Counted from the stretch's first letter, positions 1 to 8,169 are shown. The stretch is 41,960 nt of DNA from an uncultured Candidatus Saccharibacteria bacterium (GCA_964478135.1 CAYZGQ010000003.1:1-41960); one strand, 5' to 3'. Program-made: numbers and translations. Notes: generated by a model from the sequence alone, not told the origin.

Positions 1-373
1 AACGGCTTTTTGCAAAATTACCGGGCCATCGTCAACCCCGCTGTCGGGAACAAAACAACATCCGGCATTCAACACCGGGTGTTGTCAGACTTGTTAGAGT
101 ATCGCTACCGCAGGATTTTGAGTCCTGTGCCCCTGCCCTCCGCCGCTCCGGACAGAAAATGTCATCAATCGTGTCAAAAGTATTTTCTGTGTAATCAGCC
201 TCACCCGGCTAAAAACAGACTGTTATTTTGACATTAATGATCAGGCGGGGTCGGCCTGCCCCGCCGCCGGCGCTAGAGTGAATCTATTATGCCAATTATC
301 TCTCAAAAGTCAGCTTGGGGCCTGACTAATCCAGATCAGATGAACGATTTTTGAGACGCTGTCGAGTTAGGGC

Positions 374-402
374 TCGACACTCACTCTGGTCCACGCTAAA
401 CT
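374..402 (+). promoter_or_regulatory. sigma70-like promoter for the SLT gene: TCGACA(374-379)-17 nt-TAAACT(397-402), 7 nt before ATG 410 (leaderless geometry)
   Basis: Hexamers and the 17-nt spacer were counted directly. There is no purine-rich SD between the -10 and the ATG. Confidence 0.4.
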
Positions 403-409
403 TAACTCT

Positions 410-1039
410 ATGAGGCGTTTTGTCGAATGGCTGATTGCCCTAACGTTTATTTTAATTCTTTTAGTTGGATTCTTTTCATTTTTTCCCAACATTTTAGCCG
501 AGATTTCCTGCCCTATCCCGGTTGAAAGAATTAAGTTTTACTCCGACCAATATCCTGTTAAAGATTTAGCTGAAGAATTGATCGCTACTCTCTCGGTCGA
601 GTCGGGTTGCAATCCTGAAGCCGTTTCTAGCGCCGGAGCACGAGGGATAGCCCAATTTATTCCTTCAACCGCCAAGGCAGTCTGGCAAAGTTTGGGCAAT
701 CAAGGCCAGCCCGATCTTCACGACATCGAGACCAGTCTGGCGATCAGCTCGCGCTATTTAAACGATAAATATCAAAAGTTTAACGACTGGAACAAAGTCA
801 GGGCGGTCTATAACGCCGGCGAAGGGGGCGCGGCCGGCTATCTTGTCACTGGCAATGAGCGTATTTTACCCAGAGAGACCCAATATCACATTAAGAAGAT
901 TGCCCAGGCTCGCCAGTTTTTCCAAGAGTCGCTCGGACAGAATCTCTCGGGCACGCCACCGACCCGCTTCATGCCTCGGTCAATAATATCGTTCGTTCGA
1001 TTGATTGACTTAACCAACCCATTTTCGTTTTTACTCTAG
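410..1039 (+). CDS. membrane-anchored lytic transglycosylase (SLT domain)
   Basis: 209-aa ORF with an N-terminal hydrophobic helix (WLIALTFILILLVGFFSFF), followed by an SLT-type block LSVESGCNPEAVSSAGARGIAQFIPSTA and YNAGEG. Confidence 0.8.
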   Translation: MRRFVEWLIALTFILILLVGFFSFFPNILAEISCPIPVERIKFYSDQYPVKDLAEELIATLSVESGCNPEAVSSAGARGIAQFIPSTAKAVWQSLGNQGQPDLHDIETSLAISSRYLNDKYQKFNDWNKVRAVYNAGEGGAAGYLVTGNERILPRETQYHIKKIAQARQFFQESLGQNLSGTPPTRFMPRSIISFVRLIDLTNPFSFLL

Positions 1040-1044
1040 TATAT

Positions 1045-2790
1045 ATGACCAGTCAAAAAATAAGGCAAACGTTTATTGATTTTTTTGTCCGGCGCGGTCA
1101 CGCTCACCTACCGGCCGCTTCACTCATTCCTCAAGGTGATCCGTCAGTTCTATTTACCAGCGCCGGTATGCAGCAGTTTAAGCCTTATTACACCAATCCC
1201 GAGGCCGCTCCGGCTAAAAACGCGGTTACGATCCAACCGTGTCTTCGCACGAGCGATATTCAGGAGGTTGGTGATCCTTCTCATCTGACTTTTTTCGAGA
1301 TGCTGGGCAATTTCAGTTTTGGCGGTTACTACAAGCAGGACGCGATCAGTTGGGCCTGGCGGCTTTTAACCCACGGGTTTAAGATACCAGCCGCCAGCTT
1401 GAGAGTGACTGTTTTTGAAGGCGATCAAGATATACCTCAAGACAACGACTCGCTTGAGATTTTGGATTCGCTTGGAATCGCCCGAGCGACGATCGGCCTG
1501 GCCGGTCGTCAGGACAATTTTTGGGGTCCAACCGGGGACGAAGGTCCGTGCGGTCCGACAGTCGAATTTCATGTTAAAGTCAAGACTGGTTTGATCGAAG
1601 TTTGGAATCTCGTCTTTAACGAGTATTTCAAAACTAAAGACGGCTCGTTTGAGTTTCTTAAGACAAAAGGAGTTGACACTGGTGCCGGACTCGAGCGCCT
1701 AGCCTTGGTTTTGCAGAATAAGAAGAGCGTTTTTGAGACAGATTTATTCGAGCCGATAATGGTTCAATTAGCCAATTTGGCCGGTTCTCTGTCCGTGGTT
1801 TCTCAACGGATTATCGCAGATCATCTGCGCTCGATCGTGTTTTTGATCACTCAAGGTCTCGTGCCGTCAAACAAAGAGCAAGGCTATGTTTTGCGCCGAT
1901 TAATTCGTTCGGCCATGGTCCAAGGTCGGTTGGCCGGCGTGGAGCGACCGTTTTTAGCCGACCAGATCAAGGGCGTAATCGAAATTTTTGGCTCGGTTTA
2001 CCCGACTATTGCCCAAAAACAAGATCAAATCGCTCTAGTTATCCGAGTGGAAGAGGAGCGCTTTAGACAAACCTTGACCAAAGGCTTGGGTCGGCTTCGA
2101 AAAATCGAGTCAAAAAGCGGTTCTCCTCGGCGAATCAGCGGTCAAGAGGCTTTTTTACTGCAAGAGTCGTTTGGATTGCCTTACGAGCTGATTGTCGAGG
2201 TCGCCAGTCACGACGGTTTTTCGGTTGATCAAGTCGGCTTTAATATAGCTCTTGAAGCCCACCGCCAAAGTTCAAAAACATCCCAAGCAGGAGTGTTTAA
2301 GGGCGGGTTGGTTGAAATTACAGCCGACTCAACCAGACTTCACAGCGCCCACCATCTGCTCTTGGCGGCCGCGCGTCAAGTTTTGGGTAGTCATGTTGTT
2401 CAGAGAGGTTCCAATATTACCAGTCACAGGCTTCGAATTGACATTGCCCATAATTTTCCAATTGAGCCAGAGCAGATCAGCCAAATTGAGCAAATCGTCA
2501 ATCAGGCGATTGCGGACGATCTCGCGATCGAGCCTAAAACAATGCCCAGAGACGAGGCGCTTAAAGCCGGCGCCTTGGCCGAGTTTGGGGCCAAGTATCC
2601 GGATCAGGTCAGCGTCTACCTTATTAAAGACAAAAGCGGCCGGCCATTTTCTTTTGAGCTGTGCGCTGGGCCCCATGTTGGGCGGACAGCTCAAATCTGT
2701 CCTAAAGGAGACCATTGTTTTAAAATTACCCAAGAACAATCCTCTGGCGCGCAAACCAGGCGAATCCGAGCCGTGATTGGTCCAAGTTAA
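1045..2790 (+). CDS. alaS: alanine--tRNA ligase, short form (catalytic + tRNA-recognition + editing domains, no C-Ala domain)
   Basis: AlaRS motifs FTSAGMQQFKP, FFEMLGNFSFGGYYK and GVDTGAGLERL. Editing-site ligands HSAHHLL and ELCAGPHV. The ORF stops right after ...TRRIRAVIGPS. Confidence 0.9.
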   Translation: MTSQKIRQTFIDFFVRRGHAHLPAASLIPQGDPSVLFTSAGMQQFKPYYTNPEAAPAKNAVTIQPCLRTSDIQEVGDPSHLTFFEMLGNFSFGGYYKQDAISWAWRLLTHGFKIPAASLRVTVFEGDQDIPQDNDSLEILDSLGIARATIGLAGRQDNFWGPTGDEGPCGPTVEFHVKVKTGLIEVWNLVFNEYFKTKDGSFEFLKTKGVDTGAGLERLALVLQNKKSVFETDLFEPIMVQLANLAGSLSVVSQRIIADHLRSIVFLITQGLVPSNKEQGYVLRRLIRSAMVQGRLAGVERPFLADQIKGVIEIFGSVYPTIAQKQDQIALVIRVEEERFRQTLTKGLGRLRKIESKSGSPRRISGQEAFLLQESFGLPYELIVEVASHDGFSVDQVGFNIALEAHRQSSKTSQAGVFKGGLVEITADSTRLHSAHHLLLAAARQVLGSHVVQRGSNITSHRLRIDIAHNFPIEPEQISQIEQIVNQAIADDLAIEPKTMPRDEALKAGALAEFGAKYPDQVSVYLIKDKSGRPFSFELCAGPHVGRTAQICPKGDHCFKITQEQSSGAQTRRIRAVIGPS

Positions 2791-2842
2791 GATGGAACAT
2801 AACCAGTCAAGCCAAACAGCGCGTGATGGATTAAACTGGCTG

Positions 2843-2851
2843 TGCTACAAT
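2843..2851 (+). promoter_or_regulatory. extended -10 element TGcTACAAT, 7 nt upstream of ATG 2859
   Basis: Exact TGnTACAAT. No SD in the 7-nt gap. The same 9-mer recurs upstream of secA. Confidence 0.4.
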
Positions 2852-2858
2852 AAACAAA

Positions 2859-4112
2859 ATGAGACTGCTCGAGGCGCTCAAAGGCAAAAATTTGGCTAAT
2901 TGGGGTATAGCCTTGGATATTGGAACCGAGTTTGTCAAGGCCTTGATTTTCGAAACCCGTGATTCCAAAGGCATCGTCAAAGGAGTTGGCCGGGCGCGCC
3001 AGCGTCTGGCGGACATGCAAGCTGGGAGCGTGACCGATATTCACGGCGTGATCGGCAACTGTGAAAAGGCGCTCGAGCAAGCGGCTAAGCAAGCTAGTTT
3101 TTTGCCCAAGCAGGTGATAGTGGGCATCGCCGGAGAATTGGTAAAAGGAGCTACTACCACTGTTGCCTATAAACGGCCCGATCCAAGAATCTCGATCACG
3201 GTTGACGAACTCAAAACAATCATTGTCCAAGTCCAAAAGCAAGCCTTTGACAAGGCGCGTAAAATCCTGTCGGAAGAAACCGGTCACAACGAGATTGACG
3301 TCCGATTGGTCAACGCGGCGGTGGTTGACGTTCGAATTGACGGTTACAAAGTGACCAACCCGCTCGGCTTTAAGGGCAGTAGTGTTGAAGTGGGTATTTT
3401 TAACGCTTTCGCTCCGATCGTTCACCTTGGGGCGCTCCAGACGATCGCCCAAGAGTTAGAGCTTGATCTACTCTCGGTTGCGGCCGAGCCCTATGCCGTA
3501 GCTCGTTCGCTCGAAGACGAAGAGTCGGTTGATTTTTCGGCCATTTTTATAGACGTGGGCGGAGGGACGACCGATATCGCTGTCGTTAAATCGGGCGGGC
3601 TGGTCGGCACAAGAATGTTCGCCTTGGGCGGCCGAGCCTTTACCAAACGATTGGCCCAGATTTTTGGCGTTCCATTTAGCCAAGCCGAGGAAATGAAGTT
3701 GGCTTTCTCGGCCGGCAAATTGGCCAAAACAAAACACGAGCAAGTCAGTCGGGCGCTCGAGCTTGACCTGACGGTCTGGTTAGATGGAGTCGAGTTGATG
3801 CTGGCCGATTTTGGGGAGGATGACCTACTGCCTTCCAAAATTTATTTGGTTGGCGGCGGAAGTGCCTTGCCTGATCTTGGCGCGGGACTGGAAAAAAGCA
3901 GCTGGCACAAGCAGCTCCCTTTTGCCCGAAAACCCCAAATTCACTTCATTCAGCCAAACGAGGTTTCTGGCGTGATTGATCAAACCGAAACACTTAAAGC
4001 GCCTTTCGATATCACGCCCATGGCTTTGGCTAACCTTGGGATTGAGCTGGTCGGTCAAGCCGGGGTGGTTGACACGATTATGACTAAAATAATCGGAACC
4101 CTTAGAATCTAG
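2859..4112 (+). CDS. ftsA: actin-like ATPase, FtsA-like cell division protein (PilM not excluded)
   Basis: Actin/HSP70-fold phosphate and adenosine motifs ALDIGTEFVKA, FIDVGGGTTDIAVV and LVGGGSALPDL. The short C-terminal segment IMTKIIGTLRI resembles an FtsA membrane-targeting helix. Confidence 0.6.
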   Translation: MRLLEALKGKNLANWGIALDIGTEFVKALIFETRDSKGIVKGVGRARQRLADMQAGSVTDIHGVIGNCEKALEQAAKQASFLPKQVIVGIAGELVKGATTTVAYKRPDPRISITVDELKTIIVQVQKQAFDKARKILSEETGHNEIDVRLVNAAVVDVRIDGYKVTNPLGFKGSSVEVGIFNAFAPIVHLGALQTIAQELELDLLSVAAEPYAVARSLEDEESVDFSAIFIDVGGGTTDIAVVKSGGLVGTRMFALGGRAFTKRLAQIFGVPFSQAEEMKLAFSAGKLAKTKHEQVSRALELDLTVWLDGVELMLADFGEDDLLPSKIYLVGGGSALPDLGAGLEKSSWHKQLPFARKPQIHFIQPNEVSGVIDQTETLKAPFDITPMALANLGIELVGQAGVVDTIMTKIIGTLRI

Positions 4113-4280
4113 TATTTCTAGACTGGTTGTTGGAAAATGGAAAGTGGCTGTGAAATTGAGTCCTGGAAATCAGAGTTTGGTTTGACTGGCCGACCGGCCG
4201 TCCATTGCTTTGGTCGGTGGTTGGGTTCGATTGATCAATTGCGGTTGATTGTTTCTCTTTCAAGAGCTAAGGCGTAAAAA

Positions 4281-5978
4281 ATGAGTCAGCAGTATGAATT
4301 AATTTATCTTGAGCCGGACGAGGAAATCCCCTCGATCATTGATCGACTGAAAAAAACTCCAGCCAGTAATCTTCGTTTGGTTACGGTTCGGGGTTCGATT
4401 CTGACTCAATCACAGGTTAATCTTCAGCTTTTGATCAACCAAGCCCAGCGGCTTGACAAAGCCGTCTCACTGGTAACATCTGATCCAGTTGCCCAAAAAT
4501 TAGCTTCACGTGTCGGACTGACAGTCTTTGGCAAACCGAAAGACAACCTGCCTCTTGAGTTCAACCAGGCTAAAAACTCAAGCCAGGATTCGAGTCAAGC
4601 GAGCGAGCGGCCGGCCGACCGACAAGATCGCCCGAGCGATGAGGAGGCGCGAACTCAAGATTACGACCGGCCGGATCTAAATTCTGGATTTAAGGTGACT
4701 CATTTTCAGCATTCGGGCGATAAACAGGGCCAAAACGGTCAGTCGGACCAAGATCGGCCCAGTCAGGCCATGCTTGAAGCGAGTCAGCTCGAACGCCCGT
4801 CAAGTCAGCCGGTTTCAGCCGGGTCCAAGCCGCGCCCACGGGCTTGGCGAGTTTTGGCGGTTTTGTTGGTCCTTATATCGGCAGGTCTAGTGCTTTTGGT
4901 CTTGCCCCAAGCGAGCGTCAGTCTCCGTGTGATCGGCCAGCCCTTTGAAACCGTGACTCGGGTGACCGTTCTAACCGACAGTTCGAGCCAGGACCAAGCC
5001 CCGACAGTTTTAGGAAAATTGGTCGAGATCAGCGCCTCGGCGATCGAAAAGGGTCAGGCGACCGGTCAAAAAAATGTCGGTACCAAGGCCAGCGGCACGG
5101 TAACTTTGTTCAACGCTTGGTCATCCGAGGCCCAGACTTTGGCCGCCGGTACGAGCCTCGTTAAGGATTCTCAAGAATATGTCTTGACCAGCGCGACTAC
5201 CATCCCCGGGGCAACTGTGACCCTTGTCTCTGGTAAGACGGTGACAACTCCCGGTCAGACCACTGGTTCGATCGAAGCTAAACAGGCTGGAGCGGCTGGA
5301 AACGTTAAGGTTGGTCGGTTTGTGATTCCTAACCCTGATTCTGACCGACAGGAGAAAATTTACGCCGAGATTTCTAAGGCTCTTTCAGGTGGTTTGGACA
5401 AGTTTGTCACAGTTGTTTCCCAAGCTGATTTGGAAGGAGCGAGAATTTCCAGCCAAAACAACGCCCAGGCCCAGCTCAAACAAGAAGCGGCCAAACAACT
5501 CAAGGAAACACTCGTCCTTGACAAGGCTTCAAAGATCGAAGTAGTGGACGAAAAATCGAGTAAAAAAGAGGGCGATGAGGCGAGTGAGTTTGATTTTACA
5601 ACTCGGTCAAGTATGAAAGCGATAATTTTCTCGGCCAGCGATTTTCGACCGGTTTTTCTTAAGGCAGTTTCGGGTAGTGCCGGGGAGGGCAAAGAGTTAA
5701 TTATCGGCCCGGATGATGAAATTTCGATGGTGGTTGAGAGCCTTGATTTTGAAATAGGCCGAATGGTTGTTTTGGGTAAAATCAAAGCCCAAGTGGCCGA
5801 CAAACTCGACACCCAAACCTTAGCCAGTTTGGTCGCGGGCAAGTCAAAAATCCAAGCCAAGCAGATTATCGAAGATCAGACCCAAACCGAAGATTCCGAG
5901 ATCAGGCTGTCTTACAGTCTACTCTCACGAATGCCTTTTTTGGCCAGAAATATAAAGTTTAGCGTTGAGCATAAGTAG
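4281..5978 (+). CDS. hypothetical bitopic membrane protein (about 90-aa N-terminal domain, acidic D/E-R-P repeat linker, one TM helix, about 355-aa extracytoplasmic T/S/G/V-rich region)
   Basis: 565-aa ORF. Linker carries ERPADRQDRPSDEE...YDRPD...DQDRPSQ...LERPSSQ. TM helix WRVLAVLLVLISAGLVLLVLP. I recognise no catalytic motif. Confidence 0.7.
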   Translation: MSQQYELIYLEPDEEIPSIIDRLKKTPASNLRLVTVRGSILTQSQVNLQLLINQAQRLDKAVSLVTSDPVAQKLASRVGLTVFGKPKDNLPLEFNQAKNSSQDSSQASERPADRQDRPSDEEARTQDYDRPDLNSGFKVTHFQHSGDKQGQNGQSDQDRPSQAMLEASQLERPSSQPVSAGSKPRPRAWRVLAVLLVLISAGLVLLVLPQASVSLRVIGQPFETVTRVTVLTDSSSQDQAPTVLGKLVEISASAIEKGQATGQKNVGTKASGTVTLFNAWSSEAQTLAAGTSLVKDSQEYVLTSATTIPGATVTLVSGKTVTTPGQTTGSIEAKQAGAAGNVKVGRFVIPNPDSDRQEKIYAEISKALSGGLDKFVTVVSQADLEGARISSQNNAQAQLKQEAAKQLKETLVLDKASKIEVVDEKSSKKEGDEASEFDFTTRSSMKAIIFSASDFRPVFLKAVSGSAGEGKELIIGPDDEISMVVESLDFEIGRMVVLGKIKAQVADKLDTQTLASLVAGKSKIQAKQIIEDQTQTEDSEIRLSYSLLSRMPFLARNIKFSVEHK

Positions 5979-6008
5979 TTGACCGACTGATCAGAAAAAC
6001 TATTTTAA

Positions 6009-6389
6009 ATGGCAATTTTGGGTATTGATTATGGTTTAAAGCACGTTGGCCTGGCCATTTCTCGGTCAGGCTTTTTAGCCAGCCCATTGGGAGAGGTTGA
6101 ATATCAGGGCCAAGAGCTAATCAAAGAAATTAAGCAGTTAGTTGAGCTCGAGCAAGTGAGTCTGATAGTGGTTGGCCTGCCCTTGGGCGATGATGGCGCT
6201 GAAACAGATCAGTCAAAACTGACCAGGCAATTTGTCCGTCAGTTAAAAAAATCAATTAATATAGAGCTTCACTTAGTTGACGAATCAAACACTACTTTTG
6301 AGGCGGCCCTACAAGCCGGTTCAAAAAATATTCACTCTCATGCCGCGGTCCTCATTTTACAAGACTATCTTAACCAACAAACAGACTAG
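6009..6389 (+). CDS. ruvX: Holliday junction resolvase-like / pre-16S rRNA nuclease RuvX (YqgF)
   Basis: YqgF signature ILGIDYGLKHVGLAIS, plus VVGLPLGDDG and DESNTT. 126 aa. Confidence 0.85.
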   Translation: MAILGIDYGLKHVGLAISRSGFLASPLGEVEYQGQELIKEIKQLVELEQVSLIVVGLPLGDDGAETDQSKLTRQFVRQLKKSINIELHLVDESNTTFEAALQAGSKNIHSHAAVLILQDYLNQQTD

Positions 6390-7344
6390 GCTCGGTTGGG
6401 CCTTGACCGCTCTGGCCGGATCAGTCCTTGTTATGACAGGGTTTTGGTATAGATTGGCTCTGGCGGCCCGACCTCAAGCGAGCCAGCCGATTAGTTTTCA
6501 AGTTGAATCAGGCGCAAGCGCCCGCCGAATCGCCCTGGAGCTCAAAAAAAGTCAATACCTCGTTTCACCAACCGCTTTTGAGTTTTATGTCCGAGCCAAT
6601 CGAAAGATTCTTCAAGCTGGCTACTATCGTCTTGAACCAGGAATGTCTTTGGTCCAAGTGGTTAACAGGCTTTCAAGCGGCCAGGTGTTTGAAAAGCAAA
6701 TAACCATTCCAGAGGGCTGGCGAGTCGAGCAGATTGGCCAACTTCTTGATCGGGAGGGACTGGCTGATTACGATCAGTTTATCAAGACCGCCCAGGGCAA
6801 AGAGGGATTTTTGTTTCCTGACACTTACCGGATCGGGCTTAACTGGTTGGCTAAAGATATAGTTGATCTGATGGAGAAGACGTTTTTCAAGCGGACCGAT
6901 CAACTCAAGCCAACTAGCCAAGAGCTGATTATCGCCTCGATCGTCGAACGCGAGGCCAAACTGGACGAGGATCGTCCTAAAATAGCCGGTGTTTTTTTTA
7001 ACCGTCTAAAAATTAACCTGGCTCTTGAGGCCGATCCGACCGTTCAGTACGCTCGTGATTCTGATCAGATTAGGGCTCTTGATTCTAAGCAAATCGCCCC
7101 CTACCAATTTTGGCGCCCGACCACCTTGGAGTTAAATCGCTCATACGACTCACAATACAATACTTATCTCGTTCGAGGTCTTCCGCCGGGCCCAATTTCC
7201 AACCCGGGCCTAGCGTCGCTTCAAGCGGCCGTCAATCCGGCCCGGCACGACTTCTTTTATTTTTTCAATCTCGCAAACGGCACGACCATTTACTCCAAAA
7301 CCCTAGCCGAACACAACGCCAATAAGGCCAAACACTTGCGTTAG
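6340..7344 (+). CDS. mltG: endolytic murein transglycosylase MltG (YceG family)
   Basis: TM helix ALTALAGSVLVMTGFWY. YceG blocks ITIPEGWRVEQI, LFPDTY, ASIVEREA and NTYLVRGLPPGPISNPG. The ORF is open from 6277. ATG 6340 was chosen as start and overlaps ruvX by 50 nt, so the start is uncertain. Confidence 0.85.
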   Translation: MPRSSFYKTILTNKQTRLGWALTALAGSVLVMTGFWYRLALAARPQASQPISFQVESGASARRIALELKKSQYLVSPTAFEFYVRANRKILQAGYYRLEPGMSLVQVVNRLSSGQVFEKQITIPEGWRVEQIGQLLDREGLADYDQFIKTAQGKEGFLFPDTYRIGLNWLAKDIVDLMEKTFFKRTDQLKPTSQELIIASIVEREAKLDEDRPKIAGVFFNRLKINLALEADPTVQYARDSDQIRALDSKQIAPYQFWRPTTLELNRSYDSQYNTYLVRGLPPGPISNPGLASLQAAVNPARHDFFYFFNLANGTTIYSKTLAEHNANKAKHLR

Positions 7345-7452
7345 CTTGATCGCTAGACTCTTACCCTTGTCAAGTTCCAGGGCCTAGCTGTAACGGGGAA
7401 GGTTTAAAGAGAGTCTTTTTTTGGCAACCAAAAGAGGGCAAAAGTTAATTGA

Positions 7453-7487
7453 AAAGACCTGGTGTTAACACCAGGTCTTTGTTTGAT
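7453..7487. terminator. bidirectional intrinsic terminator between the convergent mltG and 7669-8136 genes
   Basis: Perfect stem AAAGACCTGGTG (7453-7464) / CACCAGGTCTTT (7469-7480) with a TTAA loop. A-run on the 5' side, T-rich tract (TTTGTTTG) on the 3' side. Confidence 0.6.
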
Positions 7488-7489
7488 GG

Positions 7490-7531
7490 ACGGTTTCGTA
7501 CGAGCATCGTCTTGGTCTCGTACGAAACCGT
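7490..7531. repeat. perfect 15-bp inverted repeat (ACGGTTTCGTACGAG / CTCGTACGAAACCGT) with a 12-nt loop
   Basis: Arms at 7490-7504 and 7517-7531 are exact reverse complements. No U-run on either side. Confidence 0.8.
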
Positions 7532-7631
7532 TTCGCTCAAATATCTATAGTTTCAAACACTCTCACTGGACTCCGCCAGAGTTTAGCCAGAGTGTATTTT
7601 TACAGATTTGGCCGCTTCTTTATGTTCGGCC

Positions 7632-7654
7632 AATGGCCAAATCAATGGCCAAAT
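7632..7654. repeat. tandem direct repeat AATGGCCAAAT x2 (12-nt period), part of a cluster of four TGGCCA/GGCCAA sites at 7608-7654
   Basis: Copies at 7632-7642 and 7644-7654 are identical. TTGGCC lies at 7608-7613 and GGCCAA at 7628-7633. Confidence 0.7.
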
Positions 7655-7668
7655 TTTAGCTTAATAAT

Positions 7669-8136
7669 TTACCAGCACCGGCCGGTCCAGCGGGCCGGGG
7701 GTGGATCGCCAGGCATTAGAACCTGGCATTTTGGGCAGGGGGTGAGCTTATAGTCAGCGTCGTTGTCCAGAGTGATAACTATCGTATCACCCGGGATAAT
7801 TTTGGTAGCGCTGACACGATCGAGGTCATTGTCAGCCAAGATCTGGTTAACCCTTGGCCAGAATGCCTTTGTTTCGAGGTGACTGACCGTGATTTGGCTG
7901 ATCGTTTCACCTTTAGCAACCGGGTGGATGGCTGTGAAACTATCGACCCGATTTCGGGTCATCAGGTGAAATGAGCGAGACTGACTGACAAGGGCCTGTT
8001 GACCCTTGTTATAAATAAATATTGTTATAAAAGGGAGAGACGATAATGCCAGCAGGTTAACTATCCAGCACCGCTGGTCTCTCCTTAAATTTTTCGCACT
8101 CGCGATTTTCAGTGCGAGCCAATGCTGTATGTTCAT
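7669..8136 (-). CDS. hypothetical membrane-anchored protein with a LysM-like segment
   Basis: AGGAGG (plus coords 8142-8147) lies 5 nt upstream of ATG 8136. TM helix IVNLLALSSLPFITIFIY. LysM-like stretch HPVAKGETISQITVSH...IIPGDTIVI. C-terminal CPKC. Confidence 0.55.
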   Translation of the reverse strand: MNIQHWLALKIASAKNLRRDQRCWIVNLLALSSLPFITIFIYNKGQQALVSQSRSFHLMTRNRVDSFTAIHPVAKGETISQITVSHLETKAFWPRVNQILADNDLDRVSATKIIPGDTIVITLDNDADYKLTPCPKCQVLMPGDPPPARWTGRCW

Positions 8137-8169
8137 CTGTGCCTCCTTTTTGTTAATTTGCAACGATCA

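Noticed and set aside
10-231. 73-aa ORF at the window start as a protein-coding gene
   Set aside because: There is no SD or promoter context. The translation is low-complexity and rich in Arg/Pro/Cys, unlike the other proteins here. The region is better explained by stacked RNA hairpins.
6340-6389. 50-nt ruvX/mltG overlap as a programmed frameshift or gene fusion
   Set aside because: Both proteins are complete and independently recognisable. The overlap depends on the choice of the mltG start (a later TTG near 6403 is possible).
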